Assembly: GCA_965603825.1 (NCBI GenBank)
Contig: CBFDEM010000007.1
Coordinates: 78,111 to 142,110 of the forward strand
Length of the DNA: 64,000 nucleotides
Direction of reading: 5' to 3'
Origin: Blepharisma stoltei ATCC 30299
Lineage: Eukaryota > Protista > Ciliophora
The position numbers and the translations under genes are program-made. The notes beneath the pieces were generated by a model. That model saw only the letters and a list, made by a program, of their open reading frames with translations. It was not told the origin of the DNA and did not search any database. Shown here piece after piece: positions 57,801 through 64,000 of the stretch (within the stretch, counting starts at the first letter, position 1; each line of letters opens with the position of its first letter).

Positions 57801-59945
57801 GCAAATGACAGCTGTTTTATTGACAAAAACACGGATTTGAGGCGCAGATTCAGTTGTCCTCAAGAAGTCCGATGGGATAACAGGCCAAAAAGCTCCATCA
57901 GTTGGCAAATAAACTTTATCAAGGGTAATATTAATGTTTGGAGGGTCACTTGAGCCTTCAATAACTCCACCAGTAAAATTGGTATCTGCAACAGTGATCC
58001 CATCAAAATACGTCCCATTGAAAATAAACCAAGGCAAAGCTAGAAGAGTATTGAAAGGAAAGCCAACAGTTCCATAAACTACTAATTGGTTCTGGAAATA
58101 AGAAATTTGCTGATTTAAGTAAAATTCTATGGCAGCTGTCGATGTAGTAATATTAATCCAGTTAGACTCTGCACCTCTGAACCCTAGCTTGAAGGTTCCT
58201 GCTAGTGTAGTCGTTCCTGGATATTTGACGTTTGTGATAGAAATGCTGTTTGTTGGCTCAATAACTGAGGTGTCAGCTGAGAACTTGTATCTCTTATCAG
58301 AGACCAAGTAGTTAAATGTAATATTATAAGCTAATGAAGTGTTGCTAGCCCAGAATCCCACACATGAAAGTGAGCCTGAAAGTCCTAAATAGCTGGTTTG
58401 ATTGAGGATGTCACTGCACTTCCACATTCCTGATGTTGCATCCCAGTTAATTGGATCTCTTACTGTAGTTCCATATACAAGTCGAAGTTGGCCGCCAGTA
58501 GGACCTGTTGATGAGCCAAATAATTTGAGCGTTTGAACTTCGTATACCGGATCTGCAGGAATAATTTGCAGTTTTTGGACATATGGCATTGTATTAGGTA
58601 GGGTAGAGCCTGAAATTAAGACACCTAAATCTAAATGGCTGGATCCACTTCCTTGAGTGTGTCTTACTTCAAAATAGTAATCTGTATTTTCAACTAAAGA
58701 AATTTCATCGCTCTGGCTTGCTTTCGTAAACTGGTCTCTTAGCGAAGTGTAACTTTGGAACTTAAGAACAGAAACTGCAGTTGCTGGATCAGCACTCGTT
58801 CCTAAGAAAACTTGCGCATAATCGTCAGAGGATAGGAAAAATTTATAAGTCCCAGTAGCAGGAGCTCTAAAGAGTCCAGTCATTTTGTCTCTGATGTTGA
58901 CGTCCTCATCTCTTGGGATCTGTGCTGAAGCCACACTAAATGTAAAATCAGGAGTGACTGCGTTCAAGCTTGAGAAGTCTAAAGACGCTGTCGATTGGTC
59001 ATACCAGACTTGCCTCTTTAAACCAGCACCGCCTTCAAATATAGTTTGGCTTTCCGTTCTTGTAGCAGCTGTTGTCGTGCACGTTATTTGCTCAAATGCA
59101 AGTGATGAGATTTCACAATTACTCCCATCCACTTCGATCCTTACCCACGAAGCATTTAAGGGAAAACCTTCACCATTGATAGTAAGCTCTTGGCCTCCTG
59201 CAGAGCTTCCGCTGCTTGCTGAGACTGAGTCAATTCTTGCAAGAGCTCTAAAATTATAAGGGTTCCCATTTAGGTCATACTGAGTTCCAGTCCAGCGGTT
59301 AAATGCGGTTCCATATGCCCCATTAAGTGTAATGGTGGTGTTAAGATCACCTTGGTCATTGTCCCCTAAGACAGCAGTTAAGTTCATTGTATCCCAACTC
59401 CCAAAGGTTTGGCTTGAGTCTAATATAAACATCAGCATGTTTTGGGTGCCTGCTTTTGCGTTGTCGAACTGATCCCAGGAAGTTGTCATCCATCTCCCCA
59501 CAAAACTTACTTCATCTCCGGGAGCTGCTTCAACTGGGTTCATGTAAAATACAACTGGGGTACTGTATTTTGTATATGTAAACTGCATTACCACAGAACT
59601 GCTTGTAGAAAAATTGTCTCCATGGTATTTTCCTGTAATCGGAACCGTTGCTCCATTCGGATGCTTTGAGGGTGGTGTTGTGCATTGCATATAATCCCTT
59701 CTTGCGTGAAATTCTATGACTTCACAAACTACTCCATCTATCATGATTATATTTGAAGCCGGATCATCATTGTCAAAGCTTCCTCTTAAATGAAGAACTG
59801 TTCCACCTTCTATTGAACCTGCTAAGTATCCTTGGTTTAAAACTGAAGGATCGATCGAGATACCTGAAATATATTGTCCACTCACTCCATCAGTCCCATC
59901 CACCGAAATAAGCAAAGCCTGAAATAGCAAAGCTATAATAATCAT
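48813..59945 (-). CDS. Fibrocystin-L (PKHD1L1)-like giant type I membrane protein (3710 aa)
   Basis: Signal peptide; many IPT/TIG repeats (P.ITSISPSSGS..GGT.VTI.G.GF); PA14 (GLFRAPATGTYKFFLSSDD); two G8 domains (RWS...WGG, YWSDPTIW); beta-helix block GQAYRLGRYPIHFH...HHTFNRAITTHG; one C-terminal TM helix; short acidic tail. Confidence 0.92.
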   Translation of the reverse strand: MIIIALLFQALLISVDGTDGVSGQYISGISIDPSVLNQGYLAGSIEGGTVLHLRGSFDNDDPASNIIMIDGVVCEVIEFHARRDYMQCTTPPSKHPNGATVPITGKYHGDNFSTSSSVVMQFTYTKYSTPVVFYMNPVEAAPGDEVSFVGRWMTTSWDQFDNAKAGTQNMLMFILDSSQTFGSWDTMNLTAVLGDNDQGDLNTTITLNGAYGTAFNRWTGTQYDLNGNPYNFRALARIDSVSASSGSSAGGQELTINGEGFPLNASWVRIEVDGSNCEISSLAFEQITCTTTAATRTESQTIFEGGAGLKRQVWYDQSTASLDFSSLNAVTPDFTFSVASAQIPRDEDVNIRDKMTGLFRAPATGTYKFFLSSDDYAQVFLGTSADPATAVSVLKFQSYTSLRDQFTKASQSDEISLVENTDYYFEVRHTQGSGSSHLDLGVLISGSTLPNTMPYVQKLQIIPADPVYEVQTLKLFGSSTGPTGGQLRLVYGTTVRDPINWDATSGMWKCSDILNQTSYLGLSGSLSCVGFWASNTSLAYNITFNYLVSDKRYKFSADTSVIEPTNSISITNVKYPGTTTLAGTFKLGFRGAESNWINITTSTAAIEFYLNQQISYFQNQLVVYGTVGFPFNTLLALPWFIFNGTYFDGITVADTNFTGGVIEGSSDPPNINITLDKVYLPTDGAFWPVIPSDFLRTTESAPQIRVFVNKTAVICRGDCSYNYLSYPSFPKIASFSQSSGTLTIVGESFPTDATQISVTVGFSACIDISVSNDATQITCTLQDGVAGSYQPVVKITDQGIIPIDSTFTSTIDSLPTITSISPSSGSTQGGTTVTISGTGFFDSLTNSAYQQYVTIEGAKCTVISTSLTQIKCAAGPQASSSSDVAVTVNGQLATYFSSFYDSSSTPTVTSISPSYASTTFKTEITLQGTLFSSSTSDISVTIGDQVCMVVSSTSTQIVCHLLGGPPGTYTITVSVSPYGIAKFDASITNSFDLKFDVVSISPTSGSVQGGTTLTINGYGFSSVSSSLIITIGNEDHECGNLNVVSSEVITCSTPSYTSDMNLDTAYTVTVIGRVQMESICKGTCSFSWSNSVTPVVSSISPNSGAYGDTITLVGSVFGTDSTKVNLSFGGVEATVTSCSDTEIVATVPAVKGVHPTLALSIDGQGLSDMSSLVFNNNVFVSDVNPKTISQGGEDITISGSGFDTGMAFTFGSVACTVTGITNSQASCKAGPYSAASTAQNLVISGTGSYECSDSSKCSISYSSAFTPILGSSTSGFLTIPFTAPSGNGVVDQTTVQVYLGSYPCTVTSVSASQIVCTPTSPAGTYTISLHVDGYGYSTGSLSSQIALSIANVNASPSSYEGGQSVTLTGTGLSDNLKVYLCGFQCNVETATGDLLTCLSPKIVTTYSQNSFNLANDPTQLSDFTVFSSVSSGAANAFDGNVNTYYRDTTHTYAYVGVDAGLGRYIQLSQVTLIGGGNGNYYYTNLIGTTVQGSNDNSTWDNLYNYTTVTDYTNKWVVPVNNQDSDDYPVYTYRYYRLYQEYAGNNYYINEVSIFGFIGLSETDTDITCDLTTNYPSTSSRLLSGSSSSYASAIQYKGSITPYITDFSPKFGTSLGGDTITFTGSFGASTAVSDVTITIDEVSCSVTSVTSTQIQCTTSPRPNYVSPSLSIAIAGVGYVVTHGKTFLYAERWSAYTTWGGEVPPFEGEAVSIPVGMNILLDIATPHLTLIVIEGGLIVEDVPGLSIDADYIYIQGGLFQIGTEAEPFQNKFTITIHGDRSSALLPYYGSQFIAVRGGVLDIHGVARTPAWTFIDGTIAPDDTTFKVAETVDWAAGEVIAIASTSYDHNESEMMTIASVSGKQITVTSPFVYKHYGVIETYGSDTMDMRAEVGLLTRNILIQAGPEGISQECGVHVMLFAPGDESCIGRIEYAEFYHAGQAYRLGRYPIHFHMIGKVSLSYVRGNSIHHTFNRAITTHGVHYQTLENNVVFRNKGHAYFVEDGIETMNKFIHNLGISTIASFSLLNSDQEPSTFWITNPNNIFLNNHAAGSDKFGYWFEPPENPSGPSATTLICPPYLPLGQFANNTAHSNGKYGFRIWLGHIPLANPCSPGRDKTLRDPFSVNTPVTAYYYNYTGWKNNQDGAIAEDIGDVRFIGFKVADHHKNGIEISYSEFSTPYKTARIHDAVIIGKSGNTDNDVSGAIGLTTPQTDGLLIENVRFYNFDDDMFPLGDESHSDNVQSRDWGGVMHKFSGLTFTNSHKRISWNVPYRGIFHFLDDSYNGVAGSYVTAYWPHLITPECVYEKELYNAISCDSTVAVKRVLFYNLVSDGLFAFQNLNIRRTSGEQLPTEYVEVTVNGTNTTVTEPTWGVLPMTKSCQKKDPLKGWGIPVVTGYNYTLFWGRGYPLDFTQMDIRIEQFDYDEADKWVIISMNFTDHREMFNLTRGTLPSSVNTSASGFVDPTKMKNTTHFNVATDTSGTFYWDNSTDNRRIDILINGVNDNLYQYGPIHLLASRCFGDHCSDLSTTDDSLTNLTVVYWSDPTIWRSGVLPTAGQNVYVLNTWHLMLDIDTPVFHYVEINGLLEFDRTKNVSLSSEWIFVRGGKVKAGSEEYPIPPNIFHTITLHGNPNSEEFAFSNDVEGGNKVFAITGEVQMHGYPKTAYSLLAQNAYPGDSFIFVDSVDWSIGDEIAIAPSGFDKTEDEVFVITDIIGASAQYTIPAMNNSRMLVDFATDPDWQKVNNLRTAGKNPASTDQSLSQQSVPGSSTGITKIVLNGTLKYYHSGVQMLIQGVTVDTRTEVGVLSRNVKIQGDGYIGWGCTSIVSDFYDVLTTSGTPAYRYGRVNMTNVEFSKCGQEDTYKASIRFELGGKIASRVHNSVFRDSYTYAAFFHEANNIEFSSNFMYKTIWKGIVGSDIKNVSITDNVLIKTANRGFLSNTLDVPAGFFICADSPVCSNVSTIGNRVAASDSIAFVLGGQDCDTNVITHYISDNVAHSSDYGYMLSGQNDVTCISANGLKAWFCGQGVGSQGGTMNRFQLSGLVLVENQMGIAMRGQHEDDMVSYINTITDSLLVGRTQQSYCDPNNCISSDCADRGGIVTGVHDIKIIPLSYDEKIILPLSNAKKPECGYGHWEYSDSTFVNFIKTGCGRDYAISGNDQVPNLPQPNLFSKSTFINVDKGSIAYMPSPDKSLIGVGFCGDWVCTGANNNLIQDIDGTITGGSIGGAVIPLVPGIANINICKPYTQGQVYICPYDTASGEVYEYVIIESQDTDKWNRTFSPLNITSVDIGNGYAFKSYNYGAFRNDLNEYEDMTWEAFYRDGLHLSRFGSIIYTGQYYNLTTTGTPPTKFSIITEASIDQSRGFVMTLKYDSPVIVDVYVNGTKVDGIEYNGAATTPVCQLADKTGTNRWFHENNTIQWVQKGHANVTLVQTSSVRLTMELDMTLTEFYTDNTRATLVDKLAAVLGIPSYRIRIASVKQGSVILNMFIRPNDTLVGQTDSTGAKTSDKELASINALVTQLASNGKLTQALGKDVLSVDSQTSIVNDTATTAISTGGTGSTDGGQSTGGNSDGGNTNGGNTDNGGGSTDNGGGSNLIFRGTFNEAVSDWVIGLLVGIILVIMAVGSIFIYAFSKRKRLFLEELPSAKVIPILEEVDEQHAVSFDSPKKEAFEFEAGDVRDMHRIFTKDEEAKQADQEVAYTIEAEERKPARHASLVDV

Positions 59946-60962
59946 ATTTATAAACCATTACTTATTTGCTGAAATTTTTCAACAAACACCAATAAAAAAA
60001 TTTAAAAGAGATTAAGCAAGAAATTAAATGTGAGACCCTTGGAGTAATAATGTTTTATTTTGAGGTTTAAATTTTGAATTTGGATTGAACTTAAAAATCG
60101 AAACAGATTTTTGGTGACTACAAAAGAATAAGCAATTTTTATTGAAAGCATTATAAAATATGGAATGACATTGAATAATTAGCTATAATAATTATCTTCA
60201 ACAAATTTTATTGTTTAAATAATGTTTAGATTTATACAAAAAATCAAAGCAGGGCCTGTAAATAAGCTTTTTTTGTTTGGAAATTAAAATATGAGCACTG
60301 AGATTGATTTTATTTGAAAGTCATTATATTTTTATTCTCGATTCTTAATCAAAAAAATCAATTTTATATTTTTTAGCGCAAAAAGAAGATTCTGAAAATA
60401 ATTCCATATGCTCTCTTTCTTCTACTTTAAGACAAACATCTTATCCCAATTTTAATTGTTAAATATGCTTAATTATAATTTATTTATGCTAATAGTGGCT
60501 TAATGGAACGCATTTTTACTGGATAATGCTCTTTATTAAATTATCGAAATTAAATGTATGCTATTCAAAATTGAAAGAGTGCCTAAATTTAATCTTTATT
60601 TATTGTGATATAATTGCCTATATTCTCTTCAAAATTAGTGATTTTAATAATCAATAAAATTGAATTTGCCTTAAATACTCACACATCTTATATTTTTAAG
60701 ATTATTTATGGGCAAGCTTATAATCATTAATTAGTTCAAATTTTTAATTTTAACTCAACTTTTATCAATTATTTGCATTATACTTAATAAAGAGGAAGTT
60801 TCATCTTACCATAAAATTTATAATGATTTAAATTTATAGAAAATTGATAAGAAATACTGAATTAGTAGAAGTCTTGCAAAAACAAAAATTATTAATAAAT
60901 TCTATAGCTATGTATTTTCCGCCCAAAAGCTTTACCGATATAAAAAGTGATTTCATTATAAT

Positions 60963-63900
60963 GGGTGTTAGGGTGTTAGGGTGTTAGGGTGTTAGGGTGT
61001 TAGGGTGTTAGGGTGTTAGGGTGTTAGGGTGTTAGGGTGTTAGGGTGTTAGGGTGTTAGGGTGTTAGGGTGTTAGGGTGTTAGGGTGTTAGGGTGTTAGG
61101 GTGTTAGGGTGTTAGGGTGTTAGGGTGTTAGGGTGTTAGGGTGTTAGGGTGTTAGGGTGTTAGGGTGTTAGGGTGTTAGGGTGTTAGGGTGTTAGGGTGT
61201 TAGGGTGTTAGGGTGTTAGGGTGTTAGGGTGTTAGGGTGTTAGGGTGTTAGGGTGTTAGGGTGTTAGGGTGTTAGGGTGTTAGGGTGTTAGGGTGTTAGG
61301 GTGTTAGGGTGTTAGGGTGTTAGGGTGTTAGGGTGTTAGGGTGTTAGGGTGTTAGGGTGTTAGGGTGTTAGGGTGTTAGGGTGTTAGGGTGTTAGGGTGT
61401 TAGGGTGTTAGGGTGTTAGGGTGTTAGGGTGTTAGGGTGTTAGGGTGTTAGGGTGTTAGGGTGTTAGGGTGTTAGGGTGTTAGGGTGTTAGGGTGTTAGG
61501 GTGTTAGGGTGTTAGGGTGTTAGGGTGTTAGGGTGTTAGGGTGTTAGGGTGTTAGGGTGTTAGGGTGTTAGGGTGTTAGGGTGTTAGGGTGTTAGGGTGT
61601 TAGGGTGTTAGGGTGTTAGGGTGTTAGGGTGTTAGGGTGTTAGGGTGTTAGGGTGTTAGGGTGTTAGGGTGTTAGGGTGTTAGGGTGTTAGGGTGTTAGG
61701 GTGTTAGGGTGTTAGGGTGTTAGGGTGTTAGGGTGTTAGGGTGTTAGGGTGTTAGGGTGTTAGGGTGTTAGGGTGTTAGGGTGTTAAGGGTGTTAGGGTG
61801 TTAGGGTGTTAGGGTGTTAGGGTGTTAGGGTGTTAGGGTGTTAGGGTGTTAGGGTGTTAGGGTGTTAGGGTGTTAGGGTGTTAGGGTGTTAGGGTGTTAG
61901 GGTGTTAGGGTGTTAGGGTGTTAGGGTGTTAGGGTGTTAGGGTGTTAGGGTGTTAGGGTGTTAGGGTGTTAGGGTGTTAGGGTGTTAGGGTGTTAGGGTG
62001 TTAGGGTGTTAGGGTGTTAGGGTGTTAGGGTGTTAGGGTGTTAGGGTGTTAGGGTGTTAGGGTGTTAGGGTGTTAGGGTGTTAGGGTGTTAGGGTGTTAG
62101 GGTGTTAGGGTGTTAGGGTGTTAGGGTGTTAGGGTGTTAGGGTGTTAGGGTGTTAGGGTGTTAGGGTGTTAGGGTGTTAGGGTGTGGGTGTTAGGGTGTT
62201 AGGGTGTTAGGGTGTTAGGGTGTTAGGGTGTTAGGGTGTTAGGGTGTTAGGGTGTTAGGGTGTTAGGGTGTTAGGGTAGGGTGTTAGGGTGTTAGGGTGT
62301 TAGGGGTGTTAGGGTGTTAGGGTGTTAGGGTGTTAGGGTGTTAGGGTGTTAGGGTGTTAGGGTGTTAGGGTGTTAGGGTAGGGTGTTAGGGTGTTAGGGT
62401 GTTAGGGTGTTAGGGTGTTAGGGTGTTAGGGTGTTAGGGTGTTAGGGTGTTAGGGTGTTAGGGTGTTAGGGTGTTAGGGTGTTAGGGTGTTAGGGTGTTA
62501 GGGTGTTAGGGTGTTAGGGTGTTAGGGTGTTAGGGTGTTAGGGTGTTAGGGTGTTAGGGTGTTAGGGTGTTAGGGTGTTAGGGTGTTAGGGTGTTAGGGT
62601 GTTAGGGTGTTAGGGTGTTAGGGTGTTAGGGTGTTAGGGTGTAGGGTGTTAGGGTGTTAGGGTGTTAGGGTGTTAGGGTGTTAGGGTGTTAGGGTGTTAG
62701 GGTGTTAGGGTGTTAGGGTGTTAGGGTGTTAGGGTGTTAGGGTGTTAGGGTGTTAGGGTGTTAGGGTGTTAGGGTGTTAGGGTGTTAGGGTGTTAGGGTG
62801 TTAGGGTGTTAGGGTGTTAGGGTGTTAGGGTGTTAGGGTGTTAGGGTGTTAGGGTGTTAGGGTGTTAGGGTGTTAGGGTGTTAGGGTGTTAGGGTGTTAG
62901 GGTGTTAGGGTGTTAGGGTGTTAGGGTGTTAGGGTGTTAGGGTGTTAGGGTGTTAGGGTGTTAGGGTGTTAGGGTGTTAGGGTTAGGGTGTTAGGGTGTT
63001 AGGGTGTTAGGGTGTTAGGGTGTTAGGGTGTTAGGGTGTTAGGGTGTTAGGGTGTTAGGGTGTTAGGGTGTTAGGGTGGGTGTTAGGGTGTTAGGGTGTT
63101 AGGGTGTTAGGGTGTGTTAGGGTGTTAGGGTGTTAGGGTGTTAGGGTGTTAGGGTGTTAGGGTGTTAGGGTGTTAGGGTGTTAGGGTGTTAGGGTGTTAG
63201 GGTGTTAGGGTGTTAGGGTGTTAGGGTGTTAGGGTGTTAGGGTGTTAGGGTGTTAGGGTGTTAGGGTGTTAGGGTGTTAGGGTGTTAGGGTGTTAGGTGT
63301 TAGGGTGTTAGGGTGTTAGGGTGTTAGGGTGTTAGGGTGTTAGGGTGTTAGGGTGTTAGGGTGTTAGGGTGTTAGGGTGTTAGGGTGTTAGGGTGTTAGG
63401 GTGTTAGGGTGTTAGGGTGTTAGGGTGTTAGGGTGTTAGGGTGTTAGGGTGTTAGGGTGTTAGGGTGTTAGGGTGTTAGGGTGTTAGGGTGTTAGGGTGT
63501 TAGGGTGTTAGGGTGTTAGGGTGGTTAGGGTGTTAGGGTTAGGGTGTTAGGGTGTTAGGGTGTTAGGGTGTTAGGGTGTTAGGGTGTTAGGGTGTTAGGG
63601 TGTTAGGGTGTTAGGGTGTTAGGGTGTTAGGGTGTTAGGGGGGTGTTAGGGTGTTAGGGTGTTAGGGTGTTAGGGTGTTAGGGTGTTAGGGTGTTAGGGT
63701 GTTAGGGTGTTAGGGTGTTAGGGTGTTAGGGTGTTAGGGTGTTAGGGTGTTAGGGTGTTAGGGTGTTAGGGTGTTAGGGTGTTAGGTGTAGGTGTAGGGT
63801 GTTAGGGTGTTAGGGTGTTAGGGTGTTAGGGTGTTAGGGTGTTAGGGTGTTAGGGTGTTAGGGTGTTAGGGTGTTAGGGTGTTAGGGTGTTAGGGTGTTA

Positions 63901-64000
63901 GGGTGTTAGGGTGTTAGGGTGTTAGGGTGTTAGGGTGTTAGGGTGTTAGGGTGTTAGGGTGTTAGGGTGTTAGGGTGTTAGGGTGTTAGGGTGTTAGGGT
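60963..64000 (+). repeat. Telomere (GGGTGTTA)n / (CCCTAACA)n, ~380 units
   Basis: 8-bp tandem repeat with the G-rich strand running 5'->3' to the window end and an abrupt junction after ...TTTCATTATAAT; this unit is the known Stentor/Blepharisma telomere repeat. Confidence 0.98.

Noticed and set aside
48803-59669. Short alternative-frame and antisense ORFs over the large genes (also 1090-1665, 11297-11575, 25195-25410, 36724-37086)
   Set aside because: Shadow ORFs expected from codon bias within long coding sequences; no independent motifs.
60963-64000. CRISPR array or satellite
   Set aside because: No spacers; an 8-bp G-rich terminal repeat in telomeric orientation.
1-64000. Prokaryotic or Mycoplasma-type origin suggested by UGA=Trp and low GC
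   Set aside because: Telomere, spliceosomal introns and eukaryote-specific genes (ZNHIT2-like, PLAC8, GPS receptor) show this is ciliate nuclear DNA.

Overview
AT-rich eukaryotic DNA, most consistent with the right end of a somatic (macronuclear) chromosome of a heterotrich ciliate of the Blepharisma type. Three features seen directly support this: (i) a ~3 kb terminal (GGGTGTTA)n = (CCCTAACA)n telomere at 60963-64000; (ii) UGA read as Trp, since TGA aligns with TGG between paralogues and occupies conserved Trp positions in GPS, ZNHIT2 and Kelch motifs, so the supplied ORF track is fragmented; (iii) 15-nt GTA...TAG introns. The left half (1-33 kb) is a decaying tandem array built around a large Ser/Thr-rich surface-protein gene. 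It holds one ~2250-aa copy with a signal peptide and GPI-like tail (23006-29786) and two copies sharing a ~3.4 kb deletion of the C-terminal half. One truncated copy is frameshifted. The other is split by a 1631-bp insert bounded by a 6-bp direct repeat whose precise removal restores the frame. Interspersed are a small family of intron-sharing winged-helix-like/coiled-coil genes and four copies of a degenerate coiled-coil-like repeat. The right half is gene-dense: PLAC8-family, hypothetical, ZNHIT2-like, SIM-bearing K/P-rich and Kelch genes, then a tail-to-tail pair of giant receptors (a 2530-aa polycystin-1/REJ/GPS-like protein and a 3710-aa fibrocystin-L-like protein) about 1 kb from the telomere. 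All assignments are from motif recognition and manual alignment; no database search was run.
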